Source of the DNA: Octopus sinensis
Taxonomy: Eukaryota
NCBI RefSeq assembly: GCF_006345805.1
Contig: NC_043008.1
Coordinates: forward strand, 3,224,001-3,288,000
DNA: 64,000 bases
Reading direction: 5' to 3'
Part shown: piece after piece, positions 1 through 13,650 of the stretch
Layout of the letters: the number at the start of each line of letters is the position of its first letter
Numbering within the stretch: the stretch's first letter is position 1
The notes under the pieces: generated by a model
What the model saw: only the letters and a program-made list of their open reading frames with translations
Databases searched by the model: none
What the model was told of the DNA's origin: nothing
Translations under genes and position numbers: made by a program

Positions 1-1216
1 ATGGATTATTCGCATACATGTTTCACTATCAACATATTATATAATTTTACTTACATAAATGTCCAAATGTCCGTAGCGCGCCAAAACGAGGACTTTTGAA
101 ATAGTAGCCACGAGTGTAATCGGTAGGACTGTCTTACAAGTCTGACTTTGTGCGGACGTCCTAGCATGCAGTCCTACAAATTATATTCATCTGGATGGTC
201 GCACCGATGATCTTAAGCATATATATTCTTAAATTCCTTTTAAACTGTTGTTTAATTATAGCAGCTAGCGCTCGATTTTCGCTTAAAATGCGGTGTCGCT
301 TAAAATGGTGAATCACAACGAAGCAGAAATCAGGATTTATCAATGCCAGCGCCGCAACTGTCTATTTTTATTTTTTTATTTTTGCCTTTTGTCTTTTTTG
401 TACTTTTTTTGTTGGGTGTTTTGTTTTGTCTACTGGCGATATTTTTATTTTCTGTTTGCTCCCTCGAAAATAAACACCCTGCTCAGAATTCTTTCAGCGA
501 CATATATATCCATTACATATTATATAGAGAGTGTTAATAGCATCTTTTATATAATAATTTTTATAAGTTTTGCTTTAGTTCTATTCAGTTTGTCATTCTG
601 TTTTAGCTGCCGCAGCCTCGAGCCAGAAATCATTTGTCTCCATTGCCTGAGTACATCACATGTTATGAAAAAAAATCATTTCCTCTTTCTCATCTCATAT
701 CTTTGACTCAACTGAGTCTGCCATGCCAAGTATAACATCAATTCCCGAATTGGATAATACTGATAGTAGTGAATTCCTCTATTAACATTGCCTGTGAAAT
801 GTTTCTTTCATTATTATACTAATGAAGTTTTAGTCATGTCACTAGTAAGTTGTTATTGCGAAGTATTACCATTGGTTTTACTATTTAATAGGATCCATTC
901 TTATTCCTAAAACAAACTTTTATACCAATACTGTATTGCAAAAGCAGGAAGCTCTCATAGAGCACCGTATCTTCGTCAGTTTAATGTGATTGTTAATACT
1001 TACAAAAGGTTTGTTCACTATTTTTCTGTGATATCTCAATTCGAGTCGAAATTAATCAGAAGTAAAAAGCAAATTGTAAAAGGCACGCGATGCATTACAT
1101 CACTGCATTTTTGTTGTCTGTATACCTTTAGAAACTTCTCTGTATCCATGTGTGATTAAATCCATTCTGTATATCATAGGATTTCGTGAATAGATTTCAT
1201 CATTTTCCTTAATGTG

Positions 1217-1254
<38 letters not shown>

Positions 1255-1763
1255 CTTTTATGTATTGTTAATGCAAGCAGACTCGTCTTATAATAGATAG
1301 CTTATAGAAAGTTAATAGAAAGTAAAATAAATTATTTACGGTATCTAAAATTACTGTTTCACTGTTCGAATCACCAAACCCTACATGTGAAGGACCTAAT
1401 TATTAGGCGAATATACAAAGTGGTAGTCTTAAACTATTTCTATCTTTAATAGACTTCCACTAGAGTGAAGTGTTCTAGTAATTAGTTTATGATATCTTGA
1501 TTAGAGTTGATCAAAAACTTCAATTACCTTTATTTAATGAGTAGCACGGATTCTTGTGTAATAAGACGAAGTGAATTACAGCATAAAATGAAAATTCTGG
1601 ACTAATTTCTTTTGTCATATTTCATGTCGATACCTTTAAGTAAACACACCTTTTGTGTTATGTCAATGTAGCCTTCCAGCCTTTATTTGCCGTAACATGC
1701 AGATCTTTAATCCAAAATATATGTTTTCCTCCCGAACTGTATAAGCTTATTGACATCCACCTG

Positions 1764-2090
1764 GCATGGAATTCATTTAAAACATACATTTCACATTACG
1801 GAAATTCATGTCACGGTGATATTATCCTAAATGCAATACTTCAATCATGCGGATATTTCATGAGCCAATGAAGTCCTGGGCTCGATATAAATAAGTATTA
1901 GGTAGTTATAGGAATGCATTAATCCAACTAGCATGGAATTCATTTAGAACATGCATTTCACATTACGGAAATTCATGTCACGGTGATATTATTCCAAATG
2001 CAATACATTCAGTCATGCGCAAATTTCATGAGCCAATGAAGTCCTGGGCGCGATATAAATATTATGTAGCTCTAGGAATACATTAATCCA
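1764..2090. repeat. Tandem duplication of a ~167-bp unique unit (2 diverged copies)
   Basis: gcatggaattcattt...cacattacggaaattcatgtcacggtgatattat...gagccaatgaagtcctggg...cattaatcca starts at 1764 and again at 1931. Confidence 0.9.
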
Positions 2091-2340
2091 AAAGCCAAGA
2101 ATTCTGCCTAGATTAGAAATCATTATTTTAACGAGATTTTTTTCTATTTTTGAGGTTTCGACGTCCATTGTTATAAGAGAGAGAAACCAAATGGTTTTAT
2201 CTTAAAGATGGTGTGTGAAATAATGTTACCTATTCATTAGATTTTCTTTTCTCTTGGGCAAGATCGTATTCTCACAAAAGAAATTTATTGTAAGATGCTT
2301 TCAGCTTACTATATAATTTTGATGGGTTTTCTATAGAGTA

Positions 2341-2457
2341 ATATTGGTTTCGAATTTTGGCACAAGGCAAACAATTTCGAGCGAGAGGGGTAAATCGATT
2401 AGGTCGACCCCAGTGTTGAACTGATACTTATTTTATCGACTCCGAAAGGATGAAAGG
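2341..2457 (-). mobile_element. 3' fragment of tRNA-derived SINE family B
   Basis: Reverse complement cctttcatcctttcggagtcgataaaataagtatcagtt...ctggggtcgac matches the body of the copy at 23089-23294. Confidence 0.75.
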
Positions 2458-2529
2458 ACAAACCTTTAATAATAATTCTTGACCGCTAAATCCACAACTT
2501 TTTCTAATTCTCTCTCTGTTTATTTTCTC

Positions 2530-2662
2530 TTATTCCATTCTGCTGAAGTGCGTAGGCTCGAAACGTAGAAGACTTTTTTCACTTTCCCGAACGTCAAAAT
2601 AATACACCTGCTTCTTGTTCATACACCGGTCTTCGTCTGTTGTTTTTCTGTAAATTTCAAAC
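2530..2662 (+). mobile_element. Penelope pLTR-like short cassette with degenerate minimal hammerhead motif
   Basis: CTGCTGA-A-GTGC-GTAG-GCTC-GAAAC-GTA at 2540-2567; a homologous copy lies on the minus strand at ~34820-34960. Confidence 0.55.
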
Positions 2663-2863
2663 ATGATAATAATAATGATAATCGTTTCAAGCATTTGCAC
2701 AAAGTCTGAAATTTGCGTGGAGGGCATTCGTCAATACCACCAAAACCAGCATTAATCTGGTGCCTTACTTTATTTTGTGTCTCTGGCAAATACTTTGCGT
2801 TTAGTAATTTACGGACAAGGACATCCAATGATGCCCGAATTTGAATAGTTATTATATCGACCG

Positions 2864-2950
2864 CGAGTGGCTGTGTGGTAAGAAGTATGCTTCCGAACCA
2901 CATGGTTCCGGGTTCAGTCCCACTGCGTGGCACCTCGGGCAAGTGTCTTA
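2864..2950 (+). mobile_element. 5' head of tRNA-derived SINE family A (truncated)
   Basis: A-box tggctgtgtgg, B-box ggttcagtccc, then gcgtggcacctcgggcaagtgtctt, as in the copy at 4189. Confidence 0.85.
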
Positions 2951-4188
2951 TACCAAACCACGTTCTTCCCAATTCTTCCACCACCTTTATTTCCTTCGCC
3001 ATATTATTATCAGCCACGGCCACCACCACCAAGACCACCACCTTTAGATGCCACTGCAAGGATTCACCTTCCGTGTTCCTAACATCAATGTTTTGCATAA
3101 CGGCAACCTTTCTTCACCACCACAGATACAACCATCACCACCAGCACCATAATTGTCATTATCAACATCATCAAAGTCCTTGTCATAATCGTCATCATCA
3201 TCATCGTCATCGTCGTTGACCTCGTCGAAGTCGTTTTCATCATCATCGTCGTCGTCATCACCACCACCACCACCACCATCGTCGTCCTCCTCATCACCAT
3301 CATCGTCTTCGTCGACGTTATCAGCAGCAGCAGCACTAGCACCAGCAGTAGTAGTGGCGACAGCAGCACCAGCCGCAGCTCCAGCAGAGAGCGGCATGCC
3401 ACTTACAGGAGATATACTTCAGTCCTTCTATTGCTATAATCTCTATTACCATCATCATTGTCGTCGCCCTCATCATCATCATCATCACCACCAATAATCC
3501 CTCTCACCATTATGATCACTACCACACACCACCACCACCACCACCACCAGCTCTTATCCTCCTCTTCTCAACTCTCTTATTATTCCGTCTTTGTGCACCA
3601 GACTGACGTTTTCATGTGATTTCAAGGAAAACAGATTTTTGAGAAAATTCTTTTGTTTAAGATTTTAACTTGATTATAGTTTTGATACAAACAATTCTTC
3701 ACGTAGCAATAAGATATTTATTCCCCAAACTGAAGAGTCAATTCGGTTGAAGTCTTAATAACCATTATTGTTGTTTTCTTTTGTTTTTATCCTTACTTTT
3801 TGTTTAATGTAGCTTCTCAGCATTTTTTAAAAATAAAAAGTAGGAACAAAAAATATTATGTTAGCAGCAGTCTATTTTAACTTAGCACTTTGGTAACCTT
3901 TTGTACTGGAGAGATGGGTAGGTTCAGGTGAAATGATGAGATATACCTGAGTTAATTTATTAAAGCGAATAGAAGTAAAACGTAATGTGATCTGTGATGA
4001 AATTCGAAATTTCAATTGTGAATTTACACAATCATGTCAGCAATTTTGAACAAAATAACATTATTCTATAACGGTTTCGTGATACCATATAATACCATAG
4101 AGTATAGATAACTTACTTGAAAATGGGCAATATGGGTGTGTGTGTGTGTGTGTGTGTGTAGATCTATTTAAATATATACATATATATA

Positions 4189-4389
4189 GGCGCAGGAGTG
4201 GCTGTGGTAAGTAGCTTGCTAACCAACCACATGGTTCAGGGTTCAGTCCCACTGCGTGGCATCTTGGGCAAGTGTCTTCTGCTATAGCCCCGGGCCGACC
4301 AATGCCTTGTGAGTGGATTTGGTAGACGGAAACTGAAAGAAGCCTGCCGTATATATGTGTATATATATATATATATTATATATATATAT

Positions 4390-4437
<48 letters not shown>

Positions 4438-4650
4438 CGTGTGTATGTGTTTGTGTGTCAGTTTTTGTCCCCCTAGCATTGCTTGACAATTGTGTTTACG
4501 TCCCTGTCACTTAGCAGTTCGGCAAAAGAGACGGATAGAATAAGTACTGGACTTACAAAGAATAAGTCCCGGGGTCGATTTGCTCGACTAAAGGCGGTGC
4601 TCCAGCATGGCCGCAGTCAAATGACTGAAACAAGTAAAAGAGTAAAAGAG
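4189..4650 (+). mobile_element. Bipartite SINE family A: tRNA head, internal microsatellite, conserved 3' module
   Basis: Head 4189-4350 with pol III A/B boxes; (TA)/(TATG)/(TG) tract 4351-4458; 3' module 4460-4650 ending gactgaaacaagtaaaagag. The same layout recurs elsewhere in the window. Confidence 0.85.
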
Positions 4651-4687
<37 letters not shown>

Positions 4688-6685
4688 AAAAAGATGAAGA
4701 GAGAGAGAAAGAGAGACAGAGAAAGAGATATTGACAGATGACCTTAAGATGTCAGTTTTCAGTCCTTTCAGTCTGATCCAACAAGTGACCTCTTTTAACA
4801 AGGTCAGAAGAATTATAAATACTTATCAATCAAAGGAAAGGGCGGAGGTTCTTCACAACAGGACTCGATAACCAGATCTGTCTTATACACAACAGCAGGT
4901 GTTTGGCATAACGTCGCCTGCCGATGATGCTCTCGGGAAGACGTCCCTACAGGCATTTCTATACCTGTCACCCGGATGCTCTCTCAGGCCAGGGACTGGA
5001 TTAGAAGTTACTCCGAGTAGTGGTCATCGTACCCATTATTGATCATTTATGAATTGCAGAAGTAGAAATTCCACTGAATAGATTGGGAAACCGAAAGAAA
5101 ACTGATGATACTCTGATGATAATCCAGGTGACACCTGTCCAGCCTTGCTCTTCTCTTGTTACCCGAGTGAAGATCTGTCGAGGACATAAGTTGTGGAAAA
5201 GTTTGTCTGTAAAAATGATCATCGCAAATTTTCTCCGAGAAGGTAACGCTGGAAATTGCGCAACATCTACAAATATCTGCCTATCACAAGCAACAGCTTA
5301 CCCAGTTCCTCACTCAGTGCGTGTTGGCAAAAGTAAGTCATCTGACCAGTGTTCGCATTCCCCCCGCAGAGAGCGGAAAAGCAGATACTCCTGTACGGCG
5401 TGACGAGGAAAGGAGCAATGTTTGGAGACGACGCCATCCCTGTCTGTCTTTTGAAAAACAATTTTCTATTGGCTCAATTCTCAGTGGGTTAACCATTCTA
5501 TCATATGAAATACAATATATAATTATTCAATGTTGTTGTTGTTGTTGTTGTTGTATTCTATTTGTTACAATCGACAGTGCGTGTGATCATAGTTCACAAT
5601 TCATCGTAGTTTATATGGATTCGCTCCATATATTCCAGCTTTTCTTAATTCTAAGTTAAAGGAGGATTTCCACCGATCGCCTCAGCTGGGGCATATTTCA
5701 TACAGGACAAGTTTATCCGAGTGGCCATTGTCATCTGTCAGTTTTAGAAAACCTAATTCGTTGGAAGCAACATCTTCAAATAAGCCCGAAAATTATCTTT
5801 AGAGACCTCATTAGGCCAAAATTAATGACGAACCAGTAAATTTTAAGACAGGATTTAGATAGAGTTCCTACTGACCTGCTCTTCTGTGCTGTTGGTAACG
5901 CCCAGTGACGTCTCGATTATCAGGCACATGAAAGGAGGTAAAATACAATGTCGTTGCCAGAAACATTGGCTGTACAAACATTGCAAGACCCAGCAAAGTA
6001 TGCAAAGGAAGTTTAGGATTCTTCTTGGGTACTTGTAATATGTGTCACGGTTAATTCCCTCGGTGATACTGGTAGTCCGCCATCCGTCCGAAGTTTCTTA
6101 CACTACATTTCCATGTGGTTGTTATAGCGCTATTCTGTCTCTGATGAACATATACTAGGTTCGGATCCTAACGTCTGCGTTTTTTCTGTTTTCTCATTTT
6201 TATATTTGAATAAATTTCGAACAAATGCTCAAAAATAACACAATATAAAAAACAAAAAGATTATGCACACCTAATAACTGTCTTGCAAAACGAATAAATC
6301 TGAGAAAAGGTATTTACAACTTCGCAAACTATTTCACCATTTTCCTTCGATAATATTCACTGAGTAATTAGAACAATTTGGAAAAGAAACTTAATCGAAA
6401 TCGATATATTGAATTGCACTGCATCCATCCTAACATTTATTACTGAATAAACGATCACACCACTAAATCTCAGACTTCGCTGATGTAGTGTGTTTCTTTC
6501 CATCATGCTTTGTGTAATCTACTTATCACCTTAGCATAAGCTTGCTCCACAAACCTACCTTGGAATATTCAGCAACAACAATATCTTTTAGAAAGGAGAT
6601 AATGTAAAATGTTCCACTATGGAATCATGAAAAGTAACACGTCTCTCGAATATTTACAGTAATTTGAAATGCATCATGTTTGGAT

Positions 6686-6725
<40 letters not shown>

Positions 6726-7574
6726 GTTTCAGTCAGCAAATCTTATATGGTAATGTATTATTGTTGTAGACTTGTTATTCAGTTTTCGGATGTTCTGATG
6801 AGGAATAGCATTGTATTGTTTGGCCTATGCAAATGCAACCTTATATATATTCAAAAGAAAGATAACATACACGTGAATTGCAATCGGAATACGTAATATA
6901 TACTGCGTGCGATAATACAACAGCTTGGCTGATGGAGTTTGATCAAAGAGCTCTTGAGTTGTATGAGATTTTATGAAGCAACATTTCAATACGAGTTCAT
7001 GCAGGACTGACGTGCATAGAATACGCTGAACTGTAAACCAGCTCGATCTGTTCAAGCGTAGAAAGAAAGAAATCAATGTTAGGCCAATGGAATTTCATTA
7101 AGTTTGTTGTTGTTGTTGTTGTTCATGATGATGATGAAGATGATGATGAGGATGATGACATTGATGACGACGATGATGTTGCTGATGATGGTATGATTGT
7201 TACTGATATGATAATCAGGGTTAATTAAACGTTAAAAGTTAAAGCTTAGTTGAACGTTGAAACGTTCGAGTGTATTCGAAAAATTATTGTCTTGGAAGAC
7301 GCTGTTCTCCGTACAGCGTATCACAATTTACAGTACCTATACATAAACACACACACACACACCACACACACACACACACACACATACATACATATATATA
7401 TGTATGTATGAATACATATATGCATGCATATATATATATATATACATATATGTGAGTGTGTGTGTATCTACGCAATTATATTTATTGTACACCACTATTT
7501 CAAAAAGAATTTATGGTAAGAATTTGTAAATCCGCTAAAAGCATATTTATTTCCCGAGACGCAACACGTGTCAC

Positions 7575-7612
<38 letters not shown>

Positions 7613-7659
7613 CATATACACATCTATATAGACGTATATATATATATATGTATATACAC

Positions 7660-7706
<47 letters not shown>

Positions 7707-10410
7707 TATATATATATATACACATATATATACATATATATATGCATACATACATATATACATATATATATATACACACACATATACATATATATGTATG
7801 TATTCGACAGGTCATCTGCATATTATAGGTTAGTTTAGAAAATCAATACTAAAAAGCAAATCGAACTATTAAACTTAATCAATAAATTGAATCATCTAAG
7901 TGGGAATGAAATATTCACAATTTCGTTTGGATTTCCAACATCTGAAATCAAAAGCTCTGCCAGCATTCAGAATGGATATAAAATTTACAAAATAGATAAC
8001 CATAAGCAAGTATCATTAAATTATGCCCTCTTGTATAGCCGATAATTTTGTGAGATCAATACGCATCATGCCAATTATTATATACATAGAAAAATACATC
8101 GTATCTGGATAAGCGAAAGTAACTCGCCATTTTACACTGTAGAAAAATCATAATAGGCACATTGATCGAATATTTACAATTTGACTTTCATTTTAGTCTT
8201 ACCCAACCAATTGTTAGCCATTTTCAAGTCTCAATTCACCTCATTTAGTATGGATGCATGAAACATTCTTCAGCAGCTACGATTCCGCTTCTGATAATAA
8301 CATTTCTGAAAATGGTCAAGTACGTAACAGAACTATGCAAACTACCACAACAATCGCCATCAAAACCTGAAAGGCAATATATATCAAGGGGCGAAAAGGT
8401 ATTATCACCAACACTTATGCTTCAATAATATGGCCGTGTTTGCAACGTTGTTTAAAATCGGAATAGCTTTCAGAATTTTGAAAATGAGAATAACTGCCCC
8501 AAATTTATGTGAGACTCTTGGTAAAACAAGTTGCCAACACAGGTGTTCGAGACAGGAGCAAAATAGTTTCAGCTTATGCTATTAACTTCGGAAAAGCCAT
8601 CAGCAAGAATACAGTCCGTCTCTTCCTTATTTCCTCATCTTTGATTCTGTTGTTTGGCGTTAGCCTTAATCATCCTTGATCGAACACAGCTGCAATCAAA
8701 ATTATCCAAACTAGGAATATCGCAATGTTTTCCTGTAACAAAAACCTGAAACTAGCAGCATGCTACTTAACGTATGTATAAATAATTGTGTATAGACTGA
8801 CATCTGGGAATTGTAGAAGACCAAGTTCCGGGATTTGTCAGAGAAGCACTTTCTTTAAGTTAACTATCAATATGACGATTGAGCAAAATCAGCGAAAGAC
8901 GGAGGAAGAATTGCAGAAAACCTCTGGAAAATGCGTGATTAGAAGAAAATGCTAGTGAGTAATATTTAGTGGTCGTTTAACATATTTGGTTTTACAGAAA
9001 ATATAGTACCAAGAACTATTGTAGATCGCATCGTCTCCATTTAATTAATGCTATTAATGTTTCGCTTAAAGTATTACAACACGCCACCTGCAATAAAGAA
9101 ATGAATGAGTATGAATTTCCAAGAGGATTTCGTCCTGAGAGAATGGAATGGACGTAGGAATTCTTTTGGTGGTTGAGTGTGGGGTTTATTCAACCTGGAA
9201 GGTGAGAGATTTCTTAAGTCTTGCTGAGCAGCTATGATCGCCTTATAAGCTATCGATTTTGATTATTCCTATGGACTTTGAATCGATCGGAAATATTGAT
9301 CATTGACTGAAACTCATTTTGACATTTTGGAGTAACCATTTCAAGATAAACTAGAGCCCTTATAAGGTGTAGTTGCTTTGCTTTGTATCAATTCTGGTCG
9401 AAAATCAAATGAGAAAATGGTGTTGAAGCTATGACCATATTGTATTTTCTTTTCCATCAAGATTTACGCAAATATTTACTTGTTTTTTTTTTAAATAGTA
9501 GGAGGCGATGTGGTTGCTATTTCCAGCAGATCAAGTGACTTTGTCAAAGTTCACTACATAGTTGGTAGACCAAAATGATTTTGAATTGATATTGGATGAT
9601 GAGTTTTACCAAAGTATAATTGATATTCTTTGTATCTTGGAATGAAATTTATTTCTATTAAATGCACGGTTTATTCCTCGGTGATTGGTACATACCAGTG
9701 CACCGGTGGTACTATTTGCCCCGATTGCGGCTGGTGCAGTATACAATTACCCCACAAGTTCCAGCAATGAAATATGTATAATTATCGTTTTCAGAATTTC
9801 TATCTAGAACTGCATTTTTCAAATTAAACTTAACTCTATGAGGAGAGTAAGATGAAGTTTAAGGAATGTTATTTATTCTATCTAATTAAGGACCTGCTGA
9901 ATGTATTAAATGTCGTTCGTAAAGCATTATGTAATTAATCGCTTAAATTTATTCATGAGTAATGTAAAACTACTTCGTGTTGCACATTTGTGTAAGAAAT
10001 GGCAATTAGCTTTATTAAGAAGCGGAAATTGAGAGGAAATATATTCAATTTTACTCAGGTGCTATGGTTTAATTAACAAAATTGTCTTTCGTAAACCAGG
10101 TCTCAGCACGTCAACTTTCAGAGGTATTGATCACTGAACAATGGCGAATGGCGGACTTGACTGGCCAATGTTGAATGTAGGGGATATAACACACGACATG
10201 TCTTACAGTATGGGTCAGGTACAACGTAATATATAAGGAAGAAAGTGTTAAAGAAGGAAATAAAACCCACGTTCGTTGCTTCGACATTTTAAGGAACAAA
10301 TGACAACGTAGTTTTACGACTTGTCCATGGATTCGATTCCACTACAAGAGGAGAGAATTTGTGACTGAAATTATTTAGTTAGTGTGATAGAAGCCTACAT
10401 GTATGTGTTG

Positions 10411-10502
<92 letters not shown>

Positions 10503-10632
10503 TTCCATACATATCTTTATATATACCAGTGTAAATCGGTGTGCTAAGTTGCCCTTATTTTCCAGAAGTAAAGATAGGTACTATACGTTCCAGAGTGAAA
10601 CGACTATTGCACTTCTGTGAAACCTTCTCCAA

Positions 10633-10854
10633 CCCTTTGTCACGATGCCCCAGTGCATTCCCACTCGGACCCTCTGTGACGATGAACCAGTGCATTCGCA
10701 CTCCGACCATTTCTCACCATGCTTCAGTGCATTCGCACTGCCACCCTTTGTCACGATGCCCCAGTGCATTCGCACTCCGACCATTTCTCACCGTGCTTCA
10801 GTGCATGCGCACTCCGACCCTTTGTCACGATGTCCCAGTGCATTCGCAGTCCAC
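10633..10854. repeat. 37-bp minisatellite, 6 copies, with A/B alternation
   Basis: Units start at 10633, 10670, 10707, 10744, 10781 and 10818; consensus ccctttgtcacgatgccccagtgcattcgcactccga. Confidence 0.95.
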
Positions 10855-12343
10855 TGACTAAAAGCAGTAAAACCATAACATGTATATTTTTTATTCTGCA
10901 AAGAGAATAGATTACCTGAACTTACTTATTTTAATACCGAAATCCTCTTTTCGTTCTTATACTCTTGCTTACTTGTCACTGAAACGGCGAATTCTCTCCT
11001 GACGATTATCATAGCAAGCTTATGAAGTTGATTAATTATATATGCTAAATCGTTAAGAGTTGTCACTCATTACGTTTCAGTGAATCGACACTAATACTCA
11101 ACTGGTGGTACTTCTAAGAATCTGCAAAGAAGCCACTAGGTGCTTACATTGACCCGCTAAAAATAGAAGCTAAATCTCTTTTAAATGACATCCGAAATGA
11201 CCTTAGTAAAATACACATTTTATAATCTGAACTTCGTTTCATTGCAGATTATTAAAAGACGAGTTAAGTCGCAAATGAAATGCTTTTCATTATTGGTCAA
11301 CTGAATCCAGGCTGAGCTGCTAATTATGTCATCGATTCTGGGAAAATTACAAAGCAATGACGAAATTGACAGCGTTGGAACTCCGAAGACAAACGTATAC
11401 ATCAAAATACATATAACTTTACGTTTCTGTCAGCCTATGGCTCCTGTTGTGGTTTTGGTAAATTCTTTTTATTCCGAAACAGAAACGTTTTAGCAGCAGT
11501 AAACGTATTCTTGAGAAGTAACCGTTGATAATTAATGAATGACTTTCGTTTTGTATCGTGAAACCGATCTATAATAGTCACGACCGACTTAGAATTGTTG
11601 GAATTTGTCGATTTTCATGAAAATTTGTCTGATTGTTGATTTCCCTGTAACTTTGTCATATATTACATTAATTAATTAGCTATAACTAAACCAATTTTCG
11701 CTGCGATAATTAATTATTTTCCGGTTGGTTGCGTTATTGATTTTTTAAGAAATATTCTCTGTATTTTTAGTTCAGTCGAGTGTTTCTGAAAATTTATCTT
11801 AACCGGCATGCTCTGGTTGTCGTTGCATAGTCCATTAGTATTCCTTATCAAATGGGAACGTGATCAAAATCTTACCCTCATTTTAACAACTATTTTGGGG
11901 AGTTAATTTATGGCATGTATAGAACTTTATCGATTCCGCGGGATAGGGTCGGACCGCAACATCTAGTTGATAGCATCCGTTATCGACACAGATGCTAATA
12001 TGCTTCCTCGTTGGCTCGATGTGCAAATATACGAGTGTACGGATCGATGCATGGATGTATGCATTTATGAATGTATAGATATATGTATATATGCCTGCGT
12101 AGTTGCTGATATATATAAAGAAACACAGTTATATAATATGTATGTACGTATATCTATCCCTCTCTTACTCTCTCTGTCTCTCTCTCGCTGTATATATGAC
12201 GAAACGCACAGTTATATGAATATGTCTGTACGTATGCATATATACATGCATATATATATATATATATATAATAATATTAGGGAATAAATCCAAATTTACA
12301 GGGAAAAATCAAAAATAATAGTGGTTTTGTCTCTAATTAATAT

Positions 12344-12390
<47 letters not shown>

Positions 12391-12398
12391 CATGTGAA

Positions 12399-12730
12399 GG
12401 CGCATGGCTCAGTGGTTAGAGCGTCGAGCTTACGATCGTGAGGTTATGAGCTCGAATCCCGGACCGGGCTGCGTGTTGTGTTCTCGAGCAAGGCACTTTA
12501 TTTCACGTTGCTCCAGTTCACTCAGCTGTAGAAATGAGTTGCGACGTCACTGGTGCCAATCTGTATCGACCTTTGTCTTTCCCTTGGATAACACTGGTGG
12601 TGTGGAGAGGGGAGGCTGGTATGCATGGGCGACTGCTGGCCTTCCACAAACAACCTTGCCCGGACTTGTGTCTAGGAAGGTAACTTTCTAGGTGCAATCC
12701 CATGGTCATTCATGACCGAAGGGGATCTTT
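12399..12730 (+). mobile_element. tRNA-derived SINE family C, apparently full length (~330 bp)
   Basis: ggcgcatggctcagtggttagagcg (A-box), gctcgaatcc (B-box), a CORE-like gttctcgagcaaggcactttatttcac segment, then a unique body. Confidence 0.85.
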
Positions 12731-13261
12731 ATATATATATATATACAACACGTACGCTGGATAGGTCACGTTCTGTATTGAATAATCGGGCACTATATAT
12801 GTATGTGATTGTTGTCTGTGAACATACAAAGCTTAACCTCCTCAGTATATACGACACTCAGTTCTGGCATGAGATTTTAAGTGACATTTTTATATTAACC
12901 ACGTTCGTTACAATTGCCCCTTTCATGAATTATAAACTTACATTTCAGGTGTGCGTAATAACCACAGTAACATTCACTAAACAGATGACAATTCATAGAC
13001 AGATCGCACATCTACAAGCACTCAAAAACAACAACGTGTTGCTGCGCATCTCTTCAGTCGATGCTACCAACGATGAATGGATCCAACTAGAGCAGGATCT
13101 CTCACTGCAGTTAGCAAATGAAGAATTTGCTGGTGTGTGCAGATGTCTGCTAAACGGATACACATTCAGTGGCTGCAAGAAGACCAACGAGAACACAAAC
13201 GAGAAAATCGTTCATTCTTATTACGTTTTGGTTGAGAACCAGAGGAAATCCCTTTTTTAAA

Positions 13262-13650
13262 CGATGTGTGTTCATAATGCACAATATTCGCCGCTGTAGG
13301 GGACTTCAAGTTACCATTGTTTTTCGAACTCGTTCTGTATCTTATAAATGAAAACTACGTAGGACCGATGACTTTCATGAGAGCACGGTCTTTTATTTGT
13401 GCGATTCGTATACAAACTCTGTTCTGACGACTACAAATGTCTGCCAAAGTAGTAATAATGTATGGGGTGTACGTAGAAAAGTAAGAATACGTGGACAATA
13501 ATGTAGCCATTTGTTCATATGACCTAATTCGAACGTGAATATTTGATATGAATCATTTTCTACTTCGAATACATCAGCATGCATAAGCAAATATCAGAGT
13601 CTCGAAGGACAGTTACTCCTGTGAATTATGTGTTTTATGAACACACATCG
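13262..13650. mobile_element. MITE-like segment bounded by inverted repeats
   Basis: cgatgtgtgttcataa (13262) and ttatgaacacacatcg (ending 13650) form a perfect 16-bp inverted repeat, extendable imperfectly to ~30 bp. No TSD seen. Confidence 0.5.

Noticed and set aside
4900-5430. Moderately GC-rich block that looked like a retroelement coding remnant
   Set aside because: No RT, endonuclease, gag or integrase motif was recognisable in any frame; it needs BLASTx.
6140-6175. CTGATGA as another hammerhead start (also at 6795, 11000, 13424, 35376)
   Set aside because: No correctly placed GAAA or NUH follows.
10633-10854. Possible CRISPR array
   Set aside because: Units are contiguous with no unique spacers, there are no cas genes, and the context is eukaryotic.
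12399-12470. Possible tRNA gene
   Set aside because: The acceptor stem does not close and the sequence continues into a SINE body.
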